Below, in pieces: positions 42,566-56,091 of a stretch of 64,000 bases of DNA. A program made the translations under genes and the position numbers. How positions within the stretch are numbered: the stretch's first letter is position 1; each line of letters opens with the position of its first letter. Source of the DNA: Eledone cirrhosa (lineage: Eukaryota); assembly GCA_964016885.1 (NCBI GenBank), contig OZ024743.1, forward strand, positions 286,440,001 to 286,504,000, read 5' to 3'. The notes under the pieces were generated by a model. The model made no database searches. It saw only the letters and a program-made list of their open reading frames with translations, and was not told the origin of the DNA.

Positions 42566-44650
42566 CATGGCTACGAAAAAGAAAATTTCATAGGTCACTC
42601 CCACTCATTCCGTCTTCTTCTTCCTCAATCATCACTACAGCAGAGAGAAGATTGTCTCTCTCCCTCCCTTCTCTTTCGCAAGCGACGACAAAAAAGAAAA
42701 GTCTCGTGCAAAGCGTGCAAGGTTTCTCCACGACGACGACGACAGCGACGAAACAGGTGTGCGGGAGATACGAAAACCCAGTTCATTCGTCTGACGTCAG
42801 GAATAATAGCAGTAGCAGCCGTAATAACAACAGCAACAATGACAATGAAAACAACAGTAGCAGCCGCAACAGCATCACCAGCAGCATAAACAACAACAGC
42901 ATTAGCAGCAGCAACACCAACAACAACCACAGCAACAGCGGCGGAGGCAGTAGTCGTAATACCTGCAGCAACAACAAAAGTAACAGCAGCTCTGACGACA
43001 ACAACAACAGCAGCAAAGAAAAACCAATCTCATTTGCAGGTATTGCGAAAAACTTGGAAACAATCCTCATAACAAATGAGGAATTAGAGGAAGCGAAGAA
43101 GATGGTGACGAAGACTGGACACCGAGCAATCTGCAAGGCAGCGGAAAAATGTTTCGAAACCCAACAGCACTGTACGGTCACGTACCGTACAGTAAGTACA
43201 AAATCCTGTAGGGTGGAAAGAGCCACAGAGGCTCAAATACAAAAAGCCTTGGGTTCTGTGTGGCAGCGGAAAACGCACATCACCCGAGGCAAAAAATATG
43301 CCACCGTAGACGTACTTTTTGCCACACTCCAGGAGGCAAAGGCCCAATCCGTAGTGACCCTAAGGAGAGAGGAAATGGTGTTGGTGCCCTCCTACTGCGG
43401 GCAAAAAATTGTGAGGGTCAAACTGACCCACGTCCCCCCCCCCCCCCCCCCCCGGGATGGCCCCTTCTTGGCTGGCCGCGTCTGTCCTCGTCGGAATCGA
43501 GGACAAAAACACTGTACTGCAAGTACAGAAAAAAGTAAGAGAAGATTGGGTCGGCACCTCCATTGAGATGCTAATCCAAACCAACCAGGAGTGCATCGAA
43601 GCTATCCCGGATGTGATAGACTTCGATAACGGCACTCAACTGCCCATAAGTGTTGAGGGCAAACGCCCGAAATGCTTTCGCTGTGGGTCGAAGACTCACC
43701 TCAGGGCCTTCTGCAACGAGAAGACCCTGAGAAAGGAGAAAACCCCCCGCCTTCCGAAACCGTCTCCACGGCTACCAGCAACAGGACAAGCGGCAACCAG
43801 GAACGATAGGTCCGTGGCACCCATACCCACGCCACGGAAATCAAAATCAGCAGCAGCAGTGGAAATATTAACAACAACAGCAATACCAAATGCAGCTGCA
43901 ACAGAGACTCCAGTGCAAACATCACCAACAACAACAAGTGAAAGAGTGGAGCTGGTACCCCTCCCCGACCTAACAGAATCAGACATGGAGTGTGAGGTGG
44001 GAAAGGGATGGCAAAAGGTCGCAAGAAGGCACAAACGCAGAAGCAGCGCATCGTCGCCTTTGAAAAGGGAGGAAAGAAATGAGAAAAGGGTAAAGTCTAC
44101 TGCAAAGAGACCCACAGCAGCAACACCACCAACACCATCACCACCCACACTAGCACCACCATCACCACCGGCGACAACCCCACCGCCAACAACACCTTCA
44201 ACACCACCACCACAAGCACCAACATCGCAAACACAACAACAAAACACACACACCCAGCAACAACGACAAGAAAATAGCAGAACCACACCCCACCCCCAGA
44301 AAAACAAATGCACGGCAATAAATACACACAACGAGAAACTAATGACTTACATAATTGAACACACAGACATTTCACAACACGACTACATAATACCAGCACC
44401 AATCAAAACGCCAACTAACATAAGACTGCTAAAAATAGCACAGAAACAATACACAAACATTAAAACGAAATTGCCCAACGCAGTTGGTGATTTCAGGGAC
44501 CTAGGAGGAACTATCCATCGAAGAGTATATTCAGACATTCTCATAGAAGAGCCGACGACCAGCCGAAGGGACGATTCAACGGTCCCTTCACCAGACGATC
44601 AAGTGAAAAGGGATGTAAAAACCATCCCTCCTCTACGGACAGTACGGTAA
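42566..44650 (+). pseudogene. Tx1-like ORF1 (gag-like), frameshifted
   Basis: N/S-rich stretch, RRM-like region, zinc knuckle CFRCGSKTHLRAFC (CX2CX4HX4C), P/T-rich tail; frame break at poly-C 43434-43453; start uncertain. Confidence 0.75.
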
Positions 44651-44684
44651 GTGGTCTTTCCCATCTTTTCCACTCCATTTCAAC

Positions 44685-47600
44685 ATGACCTCACTCAGAA
44701 TAGGCAGCATAAATGCGCGTGGCTTGGGGTCGTCATGGAAGCAGGGTCACCTGCTCAACGACCTCAGGTCACTAAACATAGATGTAGTGGCCATCAGCGA
44801 GACCAGAATCTCCGAAGCACGGGCCTTCGCACCGATCTTCGGCGGCTACGATGTGTACGCATCTCCCAGCCGTCCTGGATCGGGTGGAGGAGTTGCTGTG
44901 CTTTTTCGGAGAGGTTTGGATCTCGCCATACGAGCCATCTTCCTGGACCCAGAGGGTAAGCTGGTGGTGCTGGACGTGACCAGCGGAGACGGGCAAGCTT
45001 TCAGGCTAGTGGCCGTCTATGCCCCGACAGGAGCAGGGCGGCCTGATTTCTTCCGGCGTCTGGAGACCTTTCTTGGAACGTCCCGCTCTTTAGTGTTAGT
45101 GGGCAACTGGAACGGGATCTTAGATGCACGCTGGGACTGTGTGGGATTAACGGATTAGGGTGCAAGAGCCTCACCAACCTGCTCAGGCGTTTTGAACTGT
45201 CTGACAGGTACCGATTGGATTTCCCGAATGTGCCAATGTGGACTTGGACAAACCGCATAGGGTCATCCAGATCATAACTAGATAGAGTATTTTGTAGGGA
45301 AATAGATAGGTCTAGCATAGACTGTCCACAATTCAAGATAGTCAGCTACACGGACCACAAATTCGTGATCTGTGTGCTTGACTTAGATAGGCTTCATAGA
45401 CGAGGACCCGGCTACTGGAAGCTAAACGCGTCCTTACCAGCGCGCAAGGCCTACAGAGACCGGATTAGCGAACTAGTTAAGCGGGCGTTGACGGGGGCCA
45501 TCGTCAACAACAAGTGGTGGTTTGCTCTGAAAAGAGCGATTAGAATAGAATCCATTAGGTTTAGTAAGGCTTTAGCAATAGAGAAAAATAGAGCAGAGGG
45601 AGAACTAGTTAGAAAATTAGACGAGGCGCTTAGCAAAGGCATTGCGACCGACGTGCTTGCGGCGAAATTGGCCCTTGACCAATTCTTCAATGCAAAGCAC
45701 GAAGGCTGCGTTGTCAGAGCAAGGGTGCGTACTCTCAGACACGAGGGGACGAAAGCCGTTCAATGGGCCAGAGTGGCGGAGTCGCGTCGTGGCAACAAAG
45801 CCACGATCCGGTCTTTGGTAGACCACGACGTGCGCATGCTACTCGATCCCGGGCAAATGTATGAAGCTTTTCAGCGACACTTCTCTCAGCTGTTCGGGGG
45901 CAGCGGTGGGCCGGGTCGAGGGATGGACTTTAGTGTCTACCTCGACGGACTGCCGTGGCTCTCGGCCACTGAGGCGAAGTGTTGCGAAAAGCCGATAACA
46001 GCCGCTGAAGTAAGGGAGGCAATGACTGGCTGCACAAGGGGTAAATCGCCTGGTTTGGATGGTCTGCCCTATGAACTTTACGTACAGATGCCAGACTTGT
46101 TCGGAGGCCTCTTGGCGGACGTCTACTGCAACTGGCAACAGAACGGGAGAATTCCCAGTTCTGTGAGCCGAGGAGCGGTGGAACTGCTGAGAAAGGATCC
46201 GAACAAGGGGGATAACATAGATAATTTCCGGCCCATAACTCTGCTAAACACAGAGTTCAAGATTTTGGCCAAGGTGCTAGCAAAGAGGTTGGCGCTTGTC
46301 GTTGGTCGTCTGGTGGGAGAGGCGCAGACATGCGCCATTCCCGACAGATCCATACACGACAACCTCCACCTCATGCGATACATCGTAGAGAGGGTAGCTA
46401 AGGAACCTGGCACGGGTGGGTCCTTGATCAATTTAGATCAGTCGAAAGCTTTCGATAGGGTCGACCATCGTTACCTAGCGGCAGTCCTGAGGGCGGCTGG
46501 CTTTGGGCCCGTCTTCAGAGGCTGGATCGCTGCCATGCACAGCGACATCTGCTCTGTGGTGAGAGTGAACGGTCACCTGTCGGAACCGTTCAACATCATG
46601 CGCTCGGTCCGCCAAGGATGTCCCCTCTCGTCCCTCTTGTACGTATTGACTCTCGAGCCATTACTGCATAAACTGGAGACGTTGAGGGGCGTCCCGCGCG
46701 AACTAGGATGCGGAAGATCCGTGTCAGCATATGCGGACGATGTCACCGTAGTGGTGTCGAACACCAAACACATCGAGGCGATCGGCACTACACTAAGAGA
46801 ATACGAAGCGGTGACAGGAGCAATGATCAACCAGGAAAAGTCAGTGGGCCTGCAGCTTGGCACCTGGAGAGGCAGGTCCATGCCGTCCAACAGCGTCGTC
46901 GGACGCTGGACGGGCGGACCGGTTAAATTGCTCGGGGTCTGGTTCGGTCCGGACCTCCAGACGGACAAAAACTGGGACGAGGTGACGAGCAGGGTGGCTT
47001 CTCTCACCCAGAAATGGGCGGACAGAAAGCTATCCCTGAAAGGTCGAGCGGAGGTGGCTAACGCATACATCGCGTCTGTCATCTGCTACCGCCTGACCGT
47101 CGTACCTTGTCCTAAGCCACGCCTGACTGCGCTGGAGCGTTTGCTCTTTCGCTTTTTATGGAAGGGACGCGCTCCGATGGTCAGGCGGTCCATCTGTTGT
47201 CAACACCCGCTACGTGGAGGGCTGGGCATGCCGTGGCTGATGATGCGCAGGCACGCGCTCAGGCTACGACATCTCCACCTCTTCCTCGACGGTGACCAGG
47301 TGTGGTCGCCGTTTGCTAGACACGTATTTCCCCAGCTCGTTTCCTTGACGGAGCTGCAGTCCTGGGTCAAGCGAAGACCGAGAGGGAGCACCTGGAGACT
47401 GGAATGTCTTCAGGCGCTCACAGCCCTCGACCAATCGGGCAATGTGATCGGTGGAAACTCCACCTCGGCGTTCTATAGAGGATTAGTGGAGGGGAAGAGC
47501 GACGACGTACTTGGGGAAACTCTAGGCTTCGACGAAAATCAACTAGCCAATCTCTTCGGAAGAACTTTCGGGCCGGGGCCTATGGACAACTTCCAGAAAT

Positions 47601-48289
47601 CTCTGGCTTGGCAGTGCTACCGAGGAGCCTTGCCAGTTCGGGATAAACTCTACAGGCATGGAGGTGCCGTCAGCCGGGCATGTCCGAGATGCGCGCAGGG
47701 CGACGAAACCGTCCTGCACGCACTCGTCCAGTGTCCGAAAATTGCTGACTTGTGGGTTCATGTCGAACACCTGCTGTCGCGTGTAGGAGGGATCCAGTTA
47801 TCAGCTGAGTCCATCGTGAGGATTGCCCCGCCCTCTTCCTTTAGCCGGGAAGGGCAGGCAGTTTTTATCTGTCTGGTGGCCATGGCGAAAGAGATAGTAT
47901 GGTGGACACGTTTGAAAGGGCTGAAGACGAGCACTTACCTCTTCGGTGATGCCCTGATTAACTTTTTCAAATTTCATTTGAAAAGGAAAATCAGGGTAGA
48001 GAGGGAAGTGCTCTCTTCCCAGCATTTTGTTGAAAGATGGGTGAGAGAGGCAAGAATGGCCCGAGTATGTGTCTGTAAATTAAAGTGGAAAACTGGGAGA
48101 GGGCACTTGCCCTGGTGGTCAGGGTCACTGTGGCTTTTTAATGGGCTTTCTCCACGAATGTCCCTCGGAAGTCTCCCCTCTATTGGGGAATTTTTTCATT
48201 GTTCTATTATTACATCCTCTGTTTCTTGTTTTTTTTACACGCAGAAATGCCCATTTGTAGCGCCCTGTATTGTCCTGTACTGTCCTTAA
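44685..48289 (+). pseudogene. Tx1-like ORF2 (APE endonuclease + RT + zinc finger)
   Basis: GSINARGL, ISETR, GGGVAVL, VYAP, GNWN (catalytic GD.N mutated), LDRV, TDH, YWKLN, FRPITLLN, YADD, CPRC..ETVLHALVQC; frameshift ~45155, TAA 45275-45277; 974-aa open part from 45365. Confidence 0.9.
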
Positions 48290-48344
48290 TGTCTACTTTT
48301 TGTAGACCCTTGTGGTTAATAAAGAAAGCATTATTATTATTATT

Positions 48345-48842
48345 ATTTGAGTCTCAGTCATTGATGTTAGTTAACTGGAAAGTTTGTTGAAATGAATATC
48401 AAGCCACTACCTGCAGCCTCAGATATTCAGGACGTATCGGAGGGTTCTTGCTGTTCCCAGCAAGCATGCCTTTTGAAGCGTTCCAAAAAGCGTGAAGGGG
48501 CCAATTTTCTTTAACCATCCCTGGAAACTTTTTGAAATAGTCCCTAGTGCGCCTATGACAATCGGGACCACTTTGACTTCATGGCAGTTCCAAATCCTTT
48601 TTACCTCCCACTTTAAGTCCTGGTATCGGTTAATTTTCTCCCTCTCCTTCTCTTGCACTCTCGTGTCGAATGGGCAGGCCACATCCACAATCAGGCACGA
48701 TCTTTTTTCTTTGTCCACAACCACCAGGTCAGGTCTATTGTGTTCCAGTTTCTTGTCCGTCTGTATCCTAAAATCCCACAGCACCTTCACCTGATCGTTT
48801 TCTATCACCGACTCTGGCTTATGCTCATACCACTTCTCAGAA

Positions 48843-48843
<1 letters not shown>
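48345..48843 (-). mobile_element. Second, short copy of Dong-like family A (RLE domain + 3' UTR)
   Basis: Near-identical to 37215-37712 (three substitutions seen by eye); (ATT)n on both sides. Confidence 0.95.
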
Positions 48844-48876
<33 letters not shown>

Positions 48877-51800
48877 GTTTTTATTTTCTTTCATTATTGT
48901 TTCTGAGATAAATGCCGAGTGTCTTCCTGACACCTTGGGCAAATAAATTCCCAGTGTGCATTGGTAAGTCAGTTAATACAGCACATTGATTATAATTTAA
49001 AAAAAAAACAAAAAAAAAACAGTATACATATATACACATGTGCATATGTAAATACAAGGAAGGATATCAATCTTACAGAGATAGTGCTCTTCTCAATACG
49101 TGTGCAGTACCAGTCAAAACAATTTTTTGCACCTCGTGCAGAGAGTGTAAACAGGAATCATTCGCAAATATTGTTCTGTTCCTTTCTTGATCATACCCAG
49201 TCCTCCCACAATGACTGGTACTGTAACGGCCTTGAGGTGCCATATTTTCTCAATTTCAATAAGCAGATCTTTATATTTTCGTAGCTTGTCAAATTCTTTT
49301 GCCGCGATATTGTGATCACATGGGATTCTCATATCTATCAATAAACAGACCTTGTTATGTTGATCTTTTACAATGATGTCAGGTCTATTTGCTTTTATGG
49401 TCCTGTCAGTATGTACAGGAAAGTCCCAGAGAATTGTTACTTTTTCTCCTTCAGTTACAGCCTCAGGGTGATGATTGTACCACTTGTCTTCAGCTTTGAT
49501 TTTGTAATGCCGACATATTACCCAGTGTAGATATTGACTAACTTGGTCATGTCTATATTTTTATTCTACTGGTGCTAAAACTTTACATCCAGAGACTAAG
49601 TGATCCACTGTTTCAACCCCAGCATTGCAGAATCGGTACTTTGGGTTTATTCCGTTTCTCATCACATTGGCCTGGTAATTACGAGTCAATAAGCATTGAT
49701 CTTGGGCAGCTAAGATGAAGCCTTCACTCTCCGCCTTTAGCCCTGAACTACGTAGCCACTGATGGGTGTACTTTTGGTCAACATCAGCTTGTTTGCTACG
49801 GGCCACATATTTGCCATGCAGAGGTTTCTGCTCCCAATTTGATGCTAATTGTCCTTGCCCTTTTGCTTTTGCCAGTGATTTTATGTGCCTAGCAGCATCA
49901 GTTGCAACAGTTTCTTTAGTCTGTCCAGCCTGGGTATCAAGCATGAGATCAGTAGCATAATTGTTGCTCTCCTTCAAGATAGAATGAAGCTTCTTACTTC
50001 TCTCATGCTTTTCAACAAGTTTCAGCATACAGTCGTTAGTTGTTTCAAGGTATTTGGCCAGTCCAATGATGGTGGTCTTGTAAGCAAGTTCAAATTGGCT
50101 CAGGCCACGGCCTCATTGAGTTCTGGGAAGGTAAAGACGATCTACATCTGCTTTTGGGTGGTGCATCCTATTACAAGTCAGAAGCTTACGGACTTTGGTG
50201 TCGATTCTTTTGATTTCACTCATATTCCAGTTCAACAGACCGAAGCTATAAGTGACAACTGGGACTGCCAAGGAATTTATGACTAGCACCTTGTTACGAG
50301 CGTTTAGTTCTGATCTCAGAACTGCACGTACTCTCCTGTAACATTCTTTCCTCATCCTCTCTTTCATACTTGCATGCTGTATGCCAGAGCCCTTATTAAT
50401 CCCTAAGTATTTATAGGTTTGTTCCTGCTCAAGTTCCTTTATGATTGTTTCAGCATCCAATTCAACTGAGTCTGAGTTGACAAGCTTCCCCTTCTTGAAA
50501 GTCATCGCTAAACGTCTGCAAAAGGCCTTCCAGTTCGTCATTATCTTTGCAATATAGCTTCAAATCATCCATATAAAATAGGTGGCTTATTTTTTTGTTG
50601 TCAATTCTATAACCGTACCCTGTTCTATTAAGTTCGGATGTAAAGGGTATTAAAGCTATGCAGAAAAGAAAGGGTGAAAGTGAGTCGCCCTGGAATATAC
50701 CATAGTTGATGTTTATATTCCTAGAGCACAGTACCCCAGTGGAATGAGACAATTGGAGATTTGTGTTCCATAATGACATATTGTGTTTCAGGAAGTTTGA
50801 GATCACAGGTGAGATTTTGAAGATGTCCAGTGATCTCAGAATCCATGAGTGTGGTATGCTGTCAAAGGCTTTTTTATAATCGATCCATGCAGAACTGAGA
50901 TTGCTGTGTTTATTATGACAGTTCTCAAGGATCATACGATTAATGAAAAGTTGATCTTTGCAACCATATGAACCTCGTCGGCACCCTTTTTGTTTAATGG
51001 GGAAAAGATTGTTCTCCAAAAACACGTATGCTTTTTCCATGAGAATAGAGGTTAATAGTTTATAAGTGGTGGACAAGCAGGTTATGGGCCGATAGTTTTT
51101 TGGATCTTTGGTTTCGTTGTTCTTTGGTAGAAGGTAGGTAATGCCACTTGTTATCCAGTGAGGTGTATTTTTTGGATCTTTCATAATTCCATTAAACAGC
51201 TTGACCAATATATTGTGAGTGCACGGGAGTGAGGAAAGCCAGAAATTTGGCACCCTGTCTCTACCAGGAGATTTCTATTTATGAGATTTATTGAGTGCTG
51301 TCCTTAAGCCCGCTATAGAGATGTCTTCCCACGCCTGTTCTTCTAAATTTGTGTAGGATTTTTCCAGGCGACTAATCTAATCTACATTAGCATTATATGT
51401 CTTCTCATCACTCCAAATCTTACTCCAGAAGTTTTCAACTTCTTCTATGGGTCTTCAATAATTATTTTTTCTTCCCTACTTCTCTATAAAATGACTTGGC
51501 ATTGGATGAGAACAACTTATTTTGCCTGTAGAAGTTGTTTCGCTTCTCGAATCTACGAATTCGTTGGGCTTTTACTTGGACTTTTTGTTTCAGAGATTCT
51601 TTTGTTGAAACTATTGCTTCTCTAGAAGACAGTCCATATTTTCTCTTTAGCTTCCTTACCTTCTTGGATCTTATATCATTTCCATATCTTATATCACTCA
51701 ATAAAGATATTTCTCCTCTCATTACGTCAATCTCCTTTTCGATTCCACTCCTCCAAATTGGTTTACCTCGAAGGTTCGACTTTTTTTGTGTGGTAAACAA

Positions 51801-52882
51801 CTTGTTTCAATTACTCTAGCAGATGCATAAATGATTTCATTTAATTCAGTAAGATCAGGTTCTAGTTCTTCTATGATTTTTTTTGTCACAGAATTACCAA
51901 TCATTATAGTTACGTCCCTTTACGATCTGAGTTCAAATCCCGCCGAGGTTGACTTTGCCTTTCATCCTTACGGGGTCGATAAAATAAAGTACCAGTAATG
52001 CACTGGATAATTGCTGGCCTTGTTTTCTATTTTGGATTGTATTTGGGAGTTTTTGAAGTGGTTTTCTATCATTTATACTAGAATGTCTTACTACTGTAAG
52101 CTCATTCAGTATGTTTTGCTTTAATTCCTTCATAGTCTCCCTGTGTTCTCAACAGATGTTTGGTTTTCAATTACTGTTTCTAAGTCCTTCTCATGGCTAT
52201 TTTCAGCGGGTTCAATAGGGCTTCTCATTTCTACAAACCTATTTGTGATTTGGTTAGATGGAGGTCTTTCAGTAAAGACTTGTGACTGCTTACTATCTCC
52301 AGGAGATTCTTCAGTTCTTTCATCATTTATATTTATGTCATTCTCCACAGCCTGCTTGATCGCAGTTAGTTCAGTGTCTGTGAGTCTATTATTTCTGAAG
52401 ATATACCTCCTTACATTTGCCAACTTATTTCCATCCATATCACGTCTGCTAGCTTGATTCCGAGTTTTCCAGATTTTGTAGGAGTTTAAAGTGTCTTGTG
52501 ATGGCTTACCTAATGCATAGTAATATGCATATATTACTTCTTTATACTCTTCTCGGGTCCATTTCATCCTTTTAGGATTTTCTTTTTTAGGTGGTTTGGG
52601 TGGTGGATCTGGAGGGCTGGAGTTGAGGCAATCCCCGATCAAGTGACCATCCAGGTCCATAATTGGAGAAGAGTTTGTGCCAGAGGAGGACTTCGATCTC
52701 AAGTTGACACCTTCCTGAGGGACGCGCTTCCTGATTAACCATAGGAAAAGCGATTTGGTATTGTGTATTAATTTTTATTTGTTCATCTCGCAGTACATGC
52801 TTGCGTTACGCATGGTATTGGACGTACATGGAAAGTTGCCCGGCTCTTTGGGTAGTGGACTTGCTGGCTGGCACTGAGATCA
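48877..52882 (-). mobile_element. R4/Dong-like family B, near full length, disrupted
   Basis: N-terminal RMKWTREEYKEVIYAYY..YKIW..RN..LANVRR..RL; RT YRPITCL, WIDYKKAFDS, GIFQGDSLSP, FYMDDLKL; ETVDHLVSGC; LWDF..TD..ANRPDI; ends GTAHVLRRALSL* at 49073; ATT repeats at both ends. Confidence 0.9.
51907..52023 (+). mobile_element. Internal OR-like SINE fragment inserted in Dong-like family B
   Basis: Near-identical to 29769-29885; no head, tail or TSD. Confidence 0.9.
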
Positions 52883-53219
52883 TTATTACTATTATAACAG
52901 TATAGTTATGGTCATTGCTGTTGTTGATTGAGGTGATATTGTTATGGTTGCAGCTGTAAGAGGTGTACGAGAATTTTCTCAACTGTTCTTGTGGTGTGAG
53001 TGGTGTTGGTGGTGGTGGTGGCAGGGAGATTAATGCTGGGGTGGGGGTGCTGGGAGTGGTAGTGGGTAGGGTGACATTGTAGCTTATAGGAGTTGCTTCT
53101 CCGATGTTATTTTCTGTCTATTTTGAGTTTGAGGTGAAAATGGGGTGCTAGTATTCTTTTTTTCTTCCCCTTTGTTTTGTCCTTTATGTGGGCTCCATAC
53201 AGATTATTATTATTATTAT

Positions 53220-53444
53220 GTGGATTGGCAGTATCGGTAGAGGGTCGGGCGCCATGCTTTGCAGCAAAGAGTTACGGCCCTTTATGGTCTGAGTTCAAAT
53301 CCCGCCGAGGTTAACTTTGCCTTTCATCCTTACGGGGTCGATAAAAAAATAAAGTACCAGTCACGCACTGGGGTCAATTTCATCGACTTTTCCCTCTCCC
53401 CCAAATTGCTGGCCTTGTGCCTAAATAAGAAACCATTATTATTA
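53220..53444 (+). mobile_element. OR-like SINE (undeleted form)
   Basis: A-box TGGCAGTATCGG, B-box GAGTTCAAATCC, ATT tail; follows an (ATT)n run. Confidence 0.88.
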
Positions 53445-54339
53445 TATATATTACGCACCGTAGTGAACCCAGCCAGCAAGCCGATGATGAAGCGATGTGT
53501 CCGCCTGTCCATTTTGCTCCAATTTCCAGCTGTCCTCATCACGTTTGCTCAGATTCTGACACACCGACACACACACACACGGAAATCTCATTGGATTTAT
53601 TGCTTACTTTTCCATCATAGCAAATACTTTTAGTTGTGGTGATGGTAGTGGTTGGGTGGTTATAGTGAAGATAGATATTATTCTGAGAGGGGCCATGGGG
53701 TTGGGGGTAGTTATCGTCGTCTTCTTCTTCTTCTTCTTCTTCTTCTTCTTCTTCTATTGATTTTCATGTAACATATGCACGCATGCGTGCCTACGAGTCT
53801 GCGTGTGCGCGTGTCTGCACTATCATAAAAATTTTCCGAGATTCCAAGCTAATATATGTTCGACCCATTCTAAGGTCACCTCTATTGATTTTCTTTCCCC
53901 AACATGGTCGTTGCCATTTAACAAAGAGAAGATTATGGAAACTGAAACAAAAACAATGATAAAGATTATTATTTCCCTATTATATAAGAAATAGAAGTTG
54001 TATAGACAACTTCAGAGTATGCTAGTGATAACGAAGTTTAATAACAAGGCACTTAGTCCGGTACATTATTATCTCTCAGATAATGATGATATTTTTTTTA
54101 TTATTTTATTTATCAACTGTACTGGTTTCACTCATTGCACTGCGGCCATGCTGGGGCACAGCATTTAAAGGGATTTAGTCGATCGTATTGATTCTAGTTT
54201 GGGACTTATTTCTCGATTTCTTTTAGTCGAACCGCTAGGTTACGGCACACAAACAAACACAGACACTGGAACACGAATACATATAATTAGAAAGTCAATA
54301 GAGTGCGTAGGAAATAGATTTTATGGGGGGGGGGGCAAG

Positions 54340-54528
54340 TTTTGGCAGTATCGGTAGAGGGTCGGACGCCATGCTTTGCAGCGTTACGCCCCATTTACGG
54401 TCTCAATTCAAATCCTGCCGAGGTTAACTTTGCCTTTCGTCCCTATGGGGGTAATGCACTGGGATAATTGCTGGCCTTGTGCCAAAAGTAGAAACAATTA
54501 TTGTTGTTGTTGTTGTTGTTGTTGTTGT
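54340..54528 (+). mobile_element. OR-like SINE, internally deleted, (TTG)n tail
   Basis: Similarity to 29717-29905; another partial copy at 57797-57854 (-). Confidence 0.8.
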
Positions 54529-54834
54529 TACGGTATAAATGCAAAGAAACACGACGAATTATCACTATAAAGCAGTTGTAATTAAATCTTGGGACAGAAA
54601 AAGTGGTTAATCGTCCGTGGGATATGAAAACACATTTGTCTATATGCCGGAAAGCTGTATTACCGTTACATGGGTGATTACCTACTCGCGTCATGGTTCT
54701 TTAGCAAAAACAAAAACAAACTGACTTTGAGACACAAACATGCACACGTGCGCATAGTTCACAATTAAAAAGACAAACGCAGAGTTACAATTACACAAAG
54801 TCTTATTAGTTTCACGCTTGTTGGAGAGGGAAAA

Positions 54835-55160
54835 TAAATGTCCCAGCGTATCGGACGTTAGTCCTTTATCAAAAGGAGTAAAATTGGGAGAAAGAGGAGG
54901 CTGGAAGGTGGAATATATAAAAACGGAGTACATATTTTGTGGTATGGGGGCATGGCTTAAGTATTTCCTTCTTCGAGGTGGGGTATGGATTTTTCCATAT
55001 AAGCTATCCCTCGGTATTGCAAACTCCGCACCTCTTAGAACCATTGATGTAGGGGTTTCATCTTTCTGTTTTCTTCCAGTTGATGTTGAAACAGTAGAGT
55101 CCTTTTCCAGCTTCCATACATGGCTGAAGAGTTTCCTCGTGAACTTTCTCTCCTGTTTCC
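54835..55160 (-). mobile_element. Decayed Penelope-like 3' fragment (second family) with mutated hammerhead
   Basis: [31 protein letters not shown] ... EILKPCPH; 54845-54875 is a mutated version of the 58621-58657 hammerhead. Confidence 0.6.
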
Positions 55161-55240
<80 letters not shown>

Positions 55241-55327
55241 TACATATATGTGTGTGTGTGTGTGTGTGCTCGTGAACTTTCTCTCCTGTTTCCGGAATGA
55301 CGCCTATATAGATATATATATGCATAC

Positions 55328-55363
<36 letters not shown>

Positions 55364-55900
55364 AGTTATGTGTATGTGTAAGTATGTACATATGTATATA
55401 ATCACATTGTATTTGCAATATCTACACGAAAAGGTAAGCTATACATCAAAGAGAATGAGTGTGTGTGTTTGTGAAGTGAATAAAATTGATCATTATTTGT
55501 GGTGCCGCAATAAAGGCATAGAGCATGCTAATCGTAAAGTTAAAAGTAGAACACACAGATACAAACATACACACTCAAAGTTGTTAGCATACATCTAGTT
55601 GTTTAGTGCACTGCCAGTAAACGTACTACTTCTGCAATATATTGAATGTCTCCACATATAGTAGAAACATCCAATGTGTAACGATGGCCGCCGCATCGTA
55701 GAAAATTATTAACACTTGTTTGAGCTCTAGCAAACAATCATTTACATCAAGTATAGGTAATCTATCTAGGCAAACACTTATTGGATATTAAATATAGTTT
55801 TCAAGGCAGGAATCAACTTGTGTTGTTAAAATGCCAGAGAGTATAGAACTAGGAAGATTACACAAATAACATAATCCTTATTACAATGTAGCAAAGGGCG

Positions 55901-56091
<191 letters not shown>

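Larger units (their letters stand above)
42350..48345 (+). mobile_element. Near full-length Tx1/L1-clade LINE (~6 kb)
   Basis: 5' UTR, ORF1, ORF2, 3' UTR, AATAAA and (ATT)n tail; begins immediately after the (ATT)n tail of the previous copy. Confidence 0.92.
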
